Shown here: piece by piece, positions 45,066-56,109 of the stretch
How positions within the stretch are numbered: position 1 is the first letter of the stretch
Layout of the letters: every line of letters begins with the position of its first letter
Made by a program: the position numbers and the translations under genes
Assembly: GCA_036275535.1 (NCBI GenBank)
Contig: DASUDP010000118.1
Coordinates: 11,612-75,611, forward strand
DNA: 64,000 nt
Source of the DNA: Acidimicrobiales bacterium
GTDB taxonomy: Bacteria > Actinomycetota > Acidimicrobiia > Acidimicrobiales > VFJN01
Direction of reading: 5' to 3'
The notes under the pieces: model-generated
Database searches by the model: none
Seen by the model: the letters and a program-made list of their open reading frames with translations, nothing else
Told to the model about the DNA's origin: nothing

Positions 45066-46520
45066 TCAGCCGTTGTCCTCTACGTAGCGGGTGAGGGCGG
45101 CCTGGATCTCCCCGTCGGCGGTCTTGACGGCGTCGTCGACCGAGGCGCCCTGGAGGACGAGGCGGTCGAGGGAGTTCTTGATGGCGTCGGAGTAGTCGAC
45201 GTACGGGCCGATCTGCGGACCGGGTCGCTGCGGGTCGACCTGCAGCAGCTGGTCGTAGCCCACCTTGAGCAGCCGACCGGCGAGGTCGTCCTTCCAGTAG
45301 GCGGTCACCTCGGGGGCGTTGGCCGCCGTCTGGGTGGTGGGCAGGTAGGACCCGACGAGGTGCCAGGCCACCTGGTTCTCGGTCCGCCACATGAACTTCA
45401 TGAAGTCCCAGGCCGCCGCCTGCTGCTCGGGGGGGATCGTGTTGGTGATGAAGAAGGCGCCACCGGAGACCCGCACCTGGGCGGGGCGCTCCAACCCGGG
45501 GAACGGCGCGTCGGCCGGCACGATGGCCGACAGGTCGGCCGATCCCACGTCGACGGCGTCGCTGTTGCCGCCGAGCACCGCCTTGATCGTCGTGGCCGCG
45601 GTGCTCGTCTCGATCAACATCGACGAGTTCTGCTGGGCGACGGCGAGGTACTGGTTGATCTGGCCGTCGGTGGCGGAGTGCCCCTCCAGCAGGCCCTCGT
45701 CGGCCATCTCCTTGATCCAGGTGTAGAGCTCGCGGGTGACGTCGTTGTCGAAGGTCGACTCGTCGGCCAGGCCGTCGCGGCCGTTGTCCTTGTTGACGAC
45801 GCTGGCGCCGGCCCCGTTGATCCACGACTCCACGAACCACGCGTTGAGCACGAGCGCCAGCGGCGCCTGGATGCCGGCCGCCTTCAGCGCCACGGCGGCC
45901 TCCCGCAGCTCGTCGAGCGTCTTCGGCGGCTTGTCGGGGTCGAGGCCGGCCCGCTTGAAGTGGTTCACGTTGTAGTAGAGGACCGGCTCGCTCACGTTCG
46001 TGTACCCGGGCCAGTACACGCCCTCGGAGGTGTAGTAGTTCCGCACGGCCGGGAGCTGCCCGGTGGAGAAGCCGTCGGCCTGCTCGCACGCCTCGGCGGG
46101 CAGGAGCGTGCCGCTGTCCACGACCTGCCGGAGCGATGTGTCCTCGAGGTAGACGATGCCGGGCAGCTGGCGGCTCGGGATGGCAGCGACGTACTTGCGC
46201 AGCACCTCGTCGTAGGAGACGCCCTGGTTGCGCACGAGGACGCGCACCTTGTCCTGGCTGGCGTTGTAGGCCTCGGCCAGCTGGTTGAGGTTGTTCTCGG
46301 ACTCCGAGCCGAGGCCGTGCCAAAGCTCGACCTCCACCACACCGGTGGCGTCGTCGAGCGCGTCGATCGGGCAGTCGGGCAGCTGGGGGCCGGAGTCCTC
46401 GCCCTTGCGCCCGGCGGTGGTGTCGGGCGAGCTGCTCTCGTCCCCCACGCCGCAGGCCGCCGCGAGCAAGGCCAGCGCCACCGCCAGCAGGAGGAGGGGA
46501 GAGCGGAGGTGACGGGACAA
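45066..46520 (-). CDS. Carbohydrate/glycerol-3-phosphate-type ABC transporter substrate-binding lipoprotein
   Basis: Lipoprotein signal 'LLLLAVALALLAAACGVG', and 'VELWHGLGSESENNLNQLAEAYNASQDKVRV' typical of family 1 extracellular solute-binding proteins (UgpB/MalE-like). Confidence 0.88.
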   Translation of the reverse strand: MSRHLRSPLLLLAVALALLAAACGVGDESSSPDTTAGRKGEDSGPQLPDCPIDALDDATGVVEVELWHGLGSESENNLNQLAEAYNASQDKVRVLVRNQGVSYDEVLRKYVAAIPSRQLPGIVYLEDTSLRQVVDSGTLLPAEACEQADGFSTGQLPAVRNYYTSEGVYWPGYTNVSEPVLYYNVNHFKRAGLDPDKPPKTLDELREAAVALKAAGIQAPLALVLNAWFVESWINGAGASVVNKDNGRDGLADESTFDNDVTRELYTWIKEMADEGLLEGHSATDGQINQYLAVAQQNSSMLIETSTAATTIKAVLGGNSDAVDVGSADLSAIVPADAPFPGLERPAQVRVSGGAFFITNTIPPEQQAAAWDFMKFMWRTENQVAWHLVGSYLPTTQTAANAPEVTAYWKDDLAGRLLKVGYDQLLQVDPQRPGPQIGPYVDYSDAIKNSLDRLVLQGASVDDAVKTADGEIQAALTRYVEDNG

Positions 46521-46535
46521 GGAGGCTCCTAGGGG

Positions 46536-47384
46536 TCAGCCCTTGACCGCACCGGCGGTCAGGCCACGGACGATGTGCCGCTGGAAGAGGACGAGGACGA
46601 TGACGATGGGGACCGCCGCGATGACGGCCCCGGCAACAGGCACGTTCGACTGCTCGATGCGGCTCGTCAAGCCGCGCAGCGCGATCTGGATCGTGCCCCA
46701 GCTCTGGGTGTCGGTGATCACGGCCCGGGGCCAGAGGTACTGGTTGAAGGCCCCGATGAAGGAGATGACGGTGAACGACGCGATGACCGGTCGGGTGAGC
46801 GGCACCGCGAAGCGCACCAGGAACTGCAGGTGCGTCCAGCCCTCGAGCCGAGCCGCGTCACGGATCTCGTCGGGGATGCCCAAGAAGCCCTGGCGGATGA
46901 GGAACGTCCCGAAGGCGGACGCCGCGAACGGGACGATGAGGCCCTGGTAGCTGTCGAACCAGCCGAGGTTGCGCATCGTCTGGAGGTTCGGGAGGAGGGT
47001 GACCTCGAGTGGGAGGAGCAGCGTCGCCATGAACACGGCGAACACCACCCGCTTCAGCGGGAAGCGCAGGAAGGCGAAGGCGTAGGCGGCCAGCACCGAG
47101 GTGGTGACCTGCAGGCCGCTGATGGCGACGGTCACGACGAGGCTGCGCAGCAGCGCGCCGCCGAGGTTGCCGCGGTCCCACGCCTCGCTGAAGCCGTCCC
47201 ACCGCACCCCCTGGGGGGTGAGGACCGAGGAGGTGAAGGCCTTGCTCGGGTCGGAGATGGCCCGCACGAAGAGGAAGTACACGGGGGCCAGGACGAGCAG
47301 CGACAGCACCGAGAGCACGAGGTACCACCGAGCGGCGCTCCACAGGCTGGCCCGTGCGCCGGCGCGGGCGGGCTCACTTGCCAT
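46536..47384 (-). CDS. Carbohydrate ABC transporter permease (UgpE/MalG-like)
   Basis: EAA loop 'IPDEIRDAARLEGWTHLQFLVRFAVPLTRP', six TM segments. Confidence 0.9.
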   Translation of the reverse strand: MASEPARAGARASLWSAARWYLVLSVLSLLVLAPVYFLFVRAISDPSKAFTSSVLTPQGVRWDGFSEAWDRGNLGGALLRSLVVTVAISGLQVTTSVLAAYAFAFLRFPLKRVVFAVFMATLLLPLEVTLLPNLQTMRNLGWFDSYQGLIVPFAASAFGTFLIRQGFLGIPDEIRDAARLEGWTHLQFLVRFAVPLTRPVIASFTVISFIGAFNQYLWPRAVITDTQSWGTIQIALRGLTSRIEQSNVPVAGAVIAAVPIVIVLVLFQRHIVRGLTAGAVKG

Positions 47385-48314
47385 AGTGCACCCGCTTCTC
47401 GAGGAGCAGGAACTGCGCCACGGTGACGACGAAGGTCACCCCGAAGAGGCCGACGGACAGCACGGCTCCCTCCCCCATCTTGTTGGGCGCCTGGCGCTGG
47501 AAGATCTTGTAGACGAGCGTCTCGGTGGACCGGGCCGGCCCGCCGTTGGTGAGGAACTCGATGGGCGCGAAGGCCTGCAGGGCGAAGATCACCAGCACCA
47601 CGACGAGGAACATCAGCACGGGGGAGATCATCGGCAGGGTGATCCGGAAGAAGCGCCGCACAGGCCCGTAGCCGTCGAGGGTGGCCGCCTCCTCCACCTC
47701 CTGCGGGATGGCCTGCAGGCCAGCCAGGACGATGACGAACGACAGGCCGAGGTTCTGCCAGATCGACGACAGCGACACGCCGAACATCGCCGTGGAGGGG
47801 TTCTCGAGGATGGCCTGGCTGCCGAAGCCCGGGACACCGCCCTGGTACACGCCGATCTGCTGGTTGATGAGGACGAGGAAGACCACCGAGGCGACCGCCG
47901 CGGACGTGGCGATCGTCGACGAGAAGATGGCCTGGAAGACCTTGATCCCCCGCAGCCGCCGGTTGGCGGCCACCGCCAGCACGGTCCCCAGCAGCAGCCC
48001 GAGGGGAACGGTGAAGATGACGAACTGCACGCTGTGCCACAGCCCCTGGCGGAACTGCTCCCCGGCCAGGACGTCGCCGTACTGCGACCAGCCGACGTAG
48101 CGCAGGTTCGTGCCCGAGGCGTTGTTGCGATACAGCCCCCGCAGGACAAGCTGCTGGAAGGGGTAGAAGAAGAAGGCCACGAAGATGACCAGCGACGGGG
48201 CCAGGAAGCTCACGGCGATGAGCCCCTCCCGCAACCGCCCCGAGTCGCTGACGCGGGTCTCGCCCTGCCCGCTCAGCAGGTCGGCGACCTTCCCCCGCAG
48301 CGCCCCGGCCGCCA

Positions 48315-48315
<1 letters not shown>
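47374..48315 (-). CDS. Carbohydrate ABC transporter permease (UgpA/MalF-like)
   Basis: EAA loop 'IPQEVEEAATLDGYGPVRRFFRITLPMISP'. ATG 48315 shares one nucleotide with the ATPase stop. Confidence 0.88.
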
Positions 48316-49436
<1,121 letters not shown>

Positions 49437-49454
49437 GCCGCCCAACCTACGCGG

Positions 49455-49787
49455 CTACCGGCTGCGCTTCGGCGAAGGCGCCGGAGCGGACCCCAACGCA
49501 GGGGCGACGACGGCCCAGGCCTCGGCCAGGAGGCGGGCCCGGTGCCCCGTCTGGGCCCAGGCGTCGATCTTGGAGTACGTGAGCTCGGCCTCCCAGGCGC
49601 CGGCGCTGGCCAGCGCCCGTTCGACCTCCTCGGCCAGCTTGCTCGCCACCACCTCGAGCAGCTGAGGGCTGGCGATGGCGGCCGCCGCCTGGGCCACCTC
49701 GACCAGCTCCTCGAGGCTGGTGGCGGCGTCGACGGCGATGCCGACCAGGCGCTCGAGATCCGCGTGGACGGCATCGACGTCGATCAT
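49455..49787 (-). CDS. Hypothetical small helical protein (110 aa)
   Basis: GC3-biased ORF ending 19 nt upstream of the ABC ATPase start. Ala/Glu/Leu-rich and predicted all-helical. No family recognised. Confidence 0.45.
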   Translation of the reverse strand: MIDVDAVHADLERLVGIAVDAATSLEELVEVAQAAAAIASPQLLEVVASKLAEEVERALASAGAWEAELTYSKIDAWAQTGHRARLLAEAWAVVAPALGSAPAPSPKRSR

Positions 49788-49820
49788 CGCCTCAGTCTGC
49801 CCCCGGTCCGGGGGCCGCCC

Positions 49821-52800
49821 CTACCGCAGGCGGACGGGCTGGAGGCGGCGGAGCCCGAGCCAGCCGGACAGGGCCAGCCCGCCGAGGGCGGCCAGCGACC
49901 CCCCTCCCGTGGCGGGCAGCCGGACCGGCGACGCCGCGACCGCGGACTCCGCCACGACCGGGGCGGCGGCCGGTTCGATCGGCGCGGCCGCCGCGCCGAC
50001 CTCGGGCATGAACACGGCGATGGCGTTCAGCACGTGACCCCCTTCGGCCAGGCGGGGGACGTAGGTGGACGCCTCGCCGGCCCGGAGGAAGTAGTCGATC
50101 CCGTCAGGGGTGACGTCGGCCGCCGGGATGGTGCCCAGGTAGCCGCCGTCGTCGCCCGAGGGGATCATCTCGACGGTGGTGACCTCGCCGCTGCCGTGGT
50201 GCTGGTAGCTGAGGCGCACCGGCTGACCGGCCGCTCCGCCGACGACGACGGCCTTCACCGGGAGGTCCACGCCCGACACCGTCTGGCGGGGCTGCGAGTG
50301 GAACACGATCGGGTCGTCCGAGATCGCCGTGTACTGGCCGGTGGCCACGCCGAAGTGGCCCATGATCGCCTCGACGACGTCGATGGCGTCGCCCGGCTGG
50401 CGGATCTGGGACAGGCTGAACGAGGTCACCGCGGTCTGGAAGCCGCCGGCGGCGGCGTCGCCCTCGACGCGGGCACCGAGGATGGCGACCCCGTCACCGG
50501 GGGTCGCCGCGGAGCCCGAGCCCTGCAGCACGCCGAGGCTCGTGGCCGTGCCCTGCACCTGGTCGGAGAGGACGAACTTGTCCACGAAGGGGCGGCCGGC
50601 CAGCACGTCGATGTCGAGGGTGTGCGAGCCGAGGATGTCGGTCGTCTCCATCTGCACCGTGTCGTAGAAGGAGTCGATGTCGGCCGAGGTCACGCCGAAC
50701 CACTGGGCGCCGAAGTCGACGGCCTCGGTCAGGATCAGCGCTTCGATGGCCCGGTTGGAGGCCAGCCACAGCTTGCCGCCGTCGCCGAGGTAGGCGGCGA
50801 TGGCGTCGCGGTCCGCCTCGTCGAGCTGGCCGGGGCCACGGTCGAGGGTGCTGGCCCAGATGACGGCGTCGTAGGCACCCATCTCCGCTGCCGTGACGTG
50901 CTTCTCGGCGATGGCGTACGGGATGCCGAGGGCCGAAAGGGCGCCGGCGTAAGCCTGCTCGGTGTCTCCGGAGCCGTCGTCGTCGACGATCAGGACCGAG
51001 GGGTCAGCGGGGCCGGCCCAGCCGCTCGCCTTCTGGACGTCGTTGCCCTCGACGGCCTCGTCGACCGCGTCGTCGGGATCCACGATGGTCACGAGGTCGA
51101 AGCCGCCCTCCTGGCCCGGGTCGTAGGTGAAGGCGAACGGCACCTGCTCGTAGCCGCCGAGCTCCACCGAGCCCGAGGCGACCACCGGCCCCGTGGCCGA
51201 GCCCTCACGGACCTCCACGGCGACCGTGCCCGGGGCCTCCGAGCCGTTCGAGAAGATCGGCACCTCGAAGGCGTTGGCCGTGCCGACCGAGACCGGGCGG
51301 CGACCGTCGAGGGCCTCGCCGCCGGCGGGACGGGCGAAGCCGGGCGAGACGTCGGTCTCGCCCAGGAGCTGCACGATGTCGAGGGTCAGCGTCCCGTCGC
51401 CCCCGGCGTCGGTGCCGTGGGACAGGCCCTCGGCGCCGCCGGTGCGGATGTTCGTGAACGCCCAGCCCGTGGGCGCCTCGGTCTCGAAGGTCCAGGTGTC
51501 CGCGGTGCCGGTGGCGTCGAAGGCTCCCTGGCCCTCGAACTCGATGGTTCCGCTGGCCGACGCGCAGGCCGCGAAGTCGCCCACCCGGGCCACCCAGCGG
51601 CCCGGCTTCGGGTTCGTGACGATGGCGACCTCGGGGGCCTGCACGAAGCCGGCGTCGACGACCTCGGTCTGCTCGGTCTCCTGGCCCGCCGGCCCGTAGA
51701 GGAGCTGGAGGGTGCAGTCGCCGAGGGCCGGGGCCACGGTGACGCGCATCGTCCGGTTCGCCGGGTTGTCCTCCACCTCGAACGCGAAGTCGTAGGGGGT
51801 GACGGGCGTGACCGGGCCGGGCGGGATGTCGATCCCGGCCTGGGGGTCACCGGAGGAGGCGGCGGGGACGGCGGGGTTGGGCCGGTGGGTGCCCGAGGTG
51901 ATGCCGGTGGCCGCCTCCCAGGCGACGTCGCTGGCCTCGGCGCGGTTGCGGTTGAGCGCGATCTCCTGGGTGTTGTCGTTGAAGTCCCACTCCTCGACGT
52001 CCATCTGCATCCGGTTGGGGTCGTTGTTGGCCCCGTTCTGCCCGTGGAGGACGTTGGAGCGGCGCCAGTAGTCGAAGTGCCAGGTGAGCAGGCCCGACCC
52101 GTAGAGCCAGCGGTCGAAGTAGGACTCGCGGGTCATCCCCGCGTGGATCCCGGGCGCCTTGGTCGGCATGCGGCCGGCCAGCTCGAGGTACCAGCCCTCG
52201 ATGACGTAGCCCCGGTCGCCGTCCTGGACGAGGCCGTGGACGTCGTTCTCCGTCCACACGTGCCCGTCGGAGGTCTCGTCGCCCACCTGCACCCAACGGG
52301 TGGGGACGAGCACCAGGTTGGGGTCGGGCGTGCCGACGGCGTAGCCCTCCGCCGGCTGCTTCGAGCGACGCTCGAGGGTGTAGTCGACGGCGTCCTCGTG
52401 GACGATGGTCGGCGTCACCCAGCCCTGGAAGACCCGGGTGGCCGGGTTGAACCACGTCGGGTTCGACCCCGACGGCGTGCCGCCGTAGGAGCCGCCGGCC
52501 ATGATGTCCCAGTCGCCGTTGCCCGACGTCGAGCCGTCGGTGCCGTAGTAGTCGGGCTCGCCCAGCGCGTGGGCCATCTCGTGGGCGGCCACGCCGATCG
52601 TCAGCGTGCCCGTCTTCGTCTCGAACTCCGGCATCGTGAACAGCCGGTCGTAGGTGACGGCCTGCCCGGGCACGGGGAGGCCGGCCTTCATGCCCGTGTC
52701 GGGGACCGGCAACCCGAAGCCCTGGAGGAGGGTGCCGGCGATCGAGGTGAAGGTCGACACCGAGATGGCGTGCGACCAGGTGTTGCAGGGGTCCCCGGTG

Positions 52801-53801
52801 ACAGCCATCTCGGCGCCCGAGTGGATGATCCCCATGAAGTCGATCGACCCGTCGCCGTCGTTGTCGTACTTCGCGAACTGGTGGTCGACGGGCAGGGTCG
52901 TGGTGTTGAACAGCTCGATGCCCATGCCCAGGGCGCCGCCCCCGCCGGCGCCGATCACCTGGTCGAGCGGGTCGAGGTCGTCCGCCGGGTTCTCGGGGGG
53001 GTCGATGCCGCCGTAGTAGCAGCGGCCCTCGTCGCCGGGGACGCTCGATCGGTTCGACACGTAGGGGCGCCCGTCGGGCCGGGCCAGGACGTCGACCTGC
53101 ACGAGGAACTGGCCGTAGCTGTTCTCGAAGTAGAACTCGGTGAGGGTGCCGGTGGGGTTGCCGCCGAAGCCGTCGAGGATCGCCTGGTAGTGGGCGACGT
53201 CGTTGCCCACCTGGAACTGGGGCGAGCTCTGGCCGGCCTCGGCGTCGTACCAGGTGGCGAAGAGCACGACGGGGAAGCGGAACACCCGGGGCCCGCCGTT
53301 GGCCGCCGCCTCCAGCGAGGCCTGGCGGGAGGCCGTCTGGAGCTGGCGCAGCAGCTCGGTGCGCACGTCGCCGCCCTGCCCGTCGCTCCACACGGTGGCG
53401 ACGCGACCCACCCCCGGCGCCAGCTCAACCGGGCGCTGGTCCACCCCGACGCGGGCGCCACCGGCCTCCAGGCCATGCGCACCCCGGCGCTCGGCGAAGC
53501 GCCACCAGCCGTCGGCGCCCTTCACGATCGAGTAGCCGTCGACCTCGAGCGCGCCGCCGACGTCGGCGTCGGTCATCCGGGCCCGGAAGGAGGACCCGTC
53601 CGGCTGCGTGACCACCAGTGCGGTGTCCGTGGCGTCGACGAACTCGCCCCAGCGGGCGCCGGCGGGCGCGGCCGGGGCGGCCGACGCAGTAGGGACCGCA
53701 GGGACCGAGGGGCTGGCCATGGCGGGGGCGCCAAGGGCGAGCATCGACAGGGCCGCCGCGGCGGCAAGGGATCGGGCGAGGACCGGGGGTGTGCGCACCA
53801 A
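49821..53801 (-). CDS. Cell-wall-anchored (LPXTG) M6-family (immune inhibitor A-like) metalloprotease, 1326 aa
   Basis: Signal peptide 'LSMLALGAPAMA'. M6-domain features 'LTEFYFENSYGQF', 'GIIHSGAEMA' and zinc site 'AAHEMAHALGEPDYY'. C-terminal sorting signal 'LPATG' followed by the hydrophobic 'GGSLAALGGLALSGWLGL' and the basic tail 'RRLQPVRLR'. Confidence 0.88.
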   Translation of the reverse strand: MVRTPPVLARSLAAAAALSMLALGAPAMASPSVPAVPTASAAPAAPAGARWGEFVDATDTALVVTQPDGSSFRARMTDADVGGALEVDGYSIVKGADGWWRFAERRGAHGLEAGGARVGVDQRPVELAPGVGRVATVWSDGQGGDVRTELLRQLQTASRQASLEAAANGGPRVFRFPVVLFATWYDAEAGQSSPQFQVGNDVAHYQAILDGFGGNPTGTLTEFYFENSYGQFLVQVDVLARPDGRPYVSNRSSVPGDEGRCYYGGIDPPENPADDLDPLDQVIGAGGGGALGMGIELFNTTTLPVDHQFAKYDNDGDGSIDFMGIIHSGAEMAVTGDPCNTWSHAISVSTFTSIAGTLLQGFGLPVPDTGMKAGLPVPGQAVTYDRLFTMPEFETKTGTLTIGVAAHEMAHALGEPDYYGTDGSTSGNGDWDIMAGGSYGGTPSGSNPTWFNPATRVFQGWVTPTIVHEDAVDYTLERRSKQPAEGYAVGTPDPNLVLVPTRWVQVGDETSDGHVWTENDVHGLVQDGDRGYVIEGWYLELAGRMPTKAPGIHAGMTRESYFDRWLYGSGLLTWHFDYWRRSNVLHGQNGANNDPNRMQMDVEEWDFNDNTQEIALNRNRAEASDVAWEAATGITSGTHRPNPAVPAASSGDPQAGIDIPPGPVTPVTPYDFAFEVEDNPANRTMRVTVAPALGDCTLQLLYGPAGQETEQTEVVDAGFVQAPEVAIVTNPKPGRWVARVGDFAACASASGTIEFEGQGAFDATGTADTWTFETEAPTGWAFTNIRTGGAEGLSHGTDAGGDGTLTLDIVQLLGETDVSPGFARPAGGEALDGRRPVSVGTANAFEVPIFSNGSEAPGTVAVEVREGSATGPVVASGSVELGGYEQVPFAFTYDPGQEGGFDLVTIVDPDDAVDEAVEGNDVQKASGWAGPADPSVLIVDDDGSGDTEQAYAGALSALGIPYAIAEKHVTAAEMGAYDAVIWASTLDRGPGQLDEADRDAIAAYLGDGGKLWLASNRAIEALILTEAVDFGAQWFGVTSADIDSFYDTVQMETTDILGSHTLDIDVLAGRPFVDKFVLSDQVQGTATSLGVLQGSGSAATPGDGVAILGARVEGDAAAGGFQTAVTSFSLSQIRQPGDAIDVVEAIMGHFGVATGQYTAISDDPIVFHSQPRQTVSGVDLPVKAVVVGGAAGQPVRLSYQHHGSGEVTTVEMIPSGDDGGYLGTIPAADVTPDGIDYFLRAGEASTYVPRLAEGGHVLNAIAVFMPEVGAAAAPIEPAAAPVVAESAVAASPVRLPATGGGSLAALGGLALSGWLGLRRLQPVRLR

Positions 53802-53943
53802 TGGACTCCCGTCAGAGGGGCGGCGGGTGGGCCCGTGACGTCGGCGCCCTAGGGCCGAGGTTCGCCCGGTCCGGGCGGGATCCCTTCTGGTTTCGACCGG
53901 TTCGCGGTGTTCTGTGACCGACGGCGCACCGCGCCGGATCGGG

Positions 53944-55347
53944 TCAGCGGACGAGCTTGCGAACCAGCTTCTCCACGGTGGGGCGGTAGGGCGGGTAGAG
54001 CAGCTTCACGTCGGGCCGTGTGGGCTTGCGCAGCACGCTCTTGAGGTGGCTGAAGACGTCGAAGCCGGCTTGCCCGTGGTACGCCCCCATCCCGCTGTCG
54101 CCCACGCCGCCGAAGGGCAGGTCCGGGGGAAGGAGGTGCATGAGGGTCTGGTTGATGCAGACCCCGCCGCTCGAGGTCCCGTCGACCAGTACGTCCACCG
54201 CGGCGTCGTCCTGCGCGAACACGTAGAGCGCGAGGGGCTTCTCCCGGGCCGTGATGAAGTCCCGGGCGGCGGCCGGGCCGTCGACGGCGAGGACGGGCAG
54301 GATCGGCCCGAAGATCTCCTCCTGCATCACCGGCGCCTCGGGGCTGGGGTCGACCGTGATCGTCGGGGCCACGTAGCGGTCGCCGGGGTCGACCGTCCCG
54401 CCGGCGGCGATGGTGCCGGCGCCCTTGTCGAGGAGGCCCTGGAGCCGCTCGAGGTGCCGGCCGTTCACGATGCGCCCGAAGCTCTCGCTGCGCTGGGGGT
54501 CGGTGCCGTAGAAGGCGCCGATCTGCTCGGCCAGCCGGTCCACGAGGGCGTCGCGCACCGAGCTGTCGGCCAGGACGTAGTCGGGGGCGATGCAGGTCTG
54601 GCCGGCGTTCAGGAACTTCCCCCAGGCGATGCGGCGGGCGGCGACGTCCAGGTCGGCGCTGGAGTGCACGTAGGTGGGGGACTTGCCCCCCAGCTCGAGG
54701 ACCGTGGGGGTGAGGTGCTTGGCTGCCGCCTCCGCCACGATGCGACCCACTGCCGTCGACCCGGTGAAGAAGATGTGGTCCCACCGCTGGGCCAGCAGGG
54801 CGGTGGTCTCCGCCACCCCGCCCTCCACGACGGCGACCGCGTCGGGGTCGACGTACCGGGGCAGCAGGCGGGCCAGCGCGGCGGAGCAGGCAGGGGCCAG
54901 CTCGGAGGGCTTGGCCACCACGCAGTTCCCCGCCGCCAGCGCCGCCGCCAGCGGCTCGACGAGGAGCTGGATCGGGTAGTTCCACGGCGCGATGACGAGG
55001 GCCACCCCCAGCGGCTCGGGCTGCACCCATCCCCGGGCGGGCAGGACGGTGGCCGGCATCCGCACCCGGCGCGGCTTCATCCACCGCCCGACGTGCTTGG
55101 CGAGGTGGCGCAGCTCGCCCCTGGCGTGGCCGAGGTCGGCCGCGTAGGCCTCCATGCTGGGCCGGCCGAGGTCCTGGCGCAGGGCCTCGGTGAGCTCGGC
55201 GTCGGCCTCGTCGAGCATCCGCCGCAGGCCGGCCAACTGGGCCTGGCGCCAGGCCACGGAGCGGGTGCGCCCGCTGTCGAAGGTGGCTCGCAGGGCCTTG
55301 TTGACCGTGGCCGCGTCGACGGCGGCGGCGGATGGGGTGATCGTCAT
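53944..55347 (-). CDS. Aldehyde dehydrogenase, class 3-like
   Basis: 'APWNYPIQL', 'KPSELAP', 'FTGSTAVGR', 'ELGGKSP', catalytic Cys '[11 protein letters not shown]', 'EEIFGPILP'. RBS GAGGAG precedes ATG 55347. Confidence 0.9.
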   Translation of the reverse strand: MTITPSAAAVDAATVNKALRATFDSGRTRSVAWRQAQLAGLRRMLDEADAELTEALRQDLGRPSMEAYAADLGHARGELRHLAKHVGRWMKPRRVRMPATVLPARGWVQPEPLGVALVIAPWNYPIQLLVEPLAAALAAGNCVVAKPSELAPACSAALARLLPRYVDPDAVAVVEGGVAETTALLAQRWDHIFFTGSTAVGRIVAEAAAKHLTPTVLELGGKSPTYVHSSADLDVAARRIAWGKFLNAGQTCIAPDYVLADSSVRDALVDRLAEQIGAFYGTDPQRSESFGRIVNGRHLERLQGLLDKGAGTIAAGGTVDPGDRYVAPTITVDPSPEAPVMQEEIFGPILPVLAVDGPAAARDFITAREKPLALYVFAQDDAAVDVLVDGTSSGGVCINQTLMHLLPPDLPFGGVGDSGMGAYHGQAGFDVFSHLKSVLRKPTRPDVKLLYPPYRPTVEKLVRKLVR

Positions 55348-55429
55348 GGGGCGCTCCTCATCAGGCGGGGCCTCCAGCCTGGCACCGGTCACCGCCCACC
55401 GCACCTGATCGACGGCGGCTATCGGAGGC

Positions 55430-55483
55430 ATCGGCACAAACGATTGAGGTTGACTATCGTTCCACGGCCAGAACGCATACAAT
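55430..55483 (+). promoter_or_regulatory. Candidate OxyR/LysR-type operator dyads plus -10 element upstream of ahpC
   Basis: ATCG-N7-CGAT (55430-55444, a T-N11-A core) and AACGAT-N11-ATCGTT (55439-55461) abut a TACAAT hexamer at 55478-55483. No well-spaced -35 is present; TTGACT at 55450 is 22 nt away. That is consistent with an activator-dependent promoter. Confidence 0.35.
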
Positions 55484-55523
55484 GGCGATCGTTCCGCAAT
55501 CCCCCTACCCCGTGAGGAAACCC

Positions 55524-56087
55524 GTGTCACTCATCAACACCCAGATCCTGCCCTTCAGCGCCACCGCCTTCCGCAACGGCGAGTTCGTCGACGTCACCGA
55601 CGCTGACCTGAAGGGCAAGTGGTCCGTCGTGTTCTTCTACCCGGCGGACTTCACGTTCGTGTGCCCCACCGAGCTCGGCGACCTCGCCGACAACTACGAG
55701 ACCTTCCAGAAGCTCGGCGTCGACATCTACTCGGTGTCCACCGACACCCACTTCACGCACAAGGCGTGGCACGAGACCTCCGACACCATCGGCAAGGTCC
55801 AGTACACGATGATCGGTGACCCCAACGGCACCGTGACGAACAACTTCGGCATGATGCGCGAGAACCAGGGCCTCGCTGACCGCGGCACCTTCCTCATCGA
55901 CCCCGACGGCGTCATCCAGTTCATGGAGGTCACGGCCGAGGGCATCGGCCGCAACGCCACCGAGCTCATCCGAAAGATCAAGGCCGCCCAGTACGTGGCC
56001 GCCCACCCCGGCGAGGTCTGCCCCGCCAAGTGGGAAGAGGGCGACGAGACCCTCGCCCCTTCCCTGGACCTCGTCGGGAAGATCTGA
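55524..56087 (+). CDS. ahpC: Alkyl hydroperoxide reductase subunit C (typical 2-Cys peroxiredoxin, AhpF-dependent type)
   Basis: '[10 protein letters not shown]', peroxidatic Cys '[16 protein letters not shown]', resolving Cys '[10 protein letters not shown]', C-terminus '[11 protein letters not shown]'. GTG 55524 with RBS 'gaggaa'. Collinear throughout with enterobacterial AhpC as I recall it. Confidence 0.95.
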   Translation: MSLINTQILPFSATAFRNGEFVDVTDADLKGKWSVVFFYPADFTFVCPTELGDLADNYETFQKLGVDIYSVSTDTHFTHKAWHETSDTIGKVQYTMIGDPNGTVTNNFGMMRENQGLADRGTFLIDPDGVIQFMEVTAEGIGRNATELIRKIKAAQYVAAHPGEVCPAKWEEGDETLAPSLDLVGKI

Positions 56088-56109
56088 TCCCGCTGACCTG
56101 AACCACGTT

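Noticed and set aside
49798-49814. Short GC hairpin after the M6 protease stop, considered as a terminator.
   Set aside because: The arms gcccccgg/ccgggggc leave only a 1-nt loop, so the effective stem is about 6 bp. That is too weak to call.
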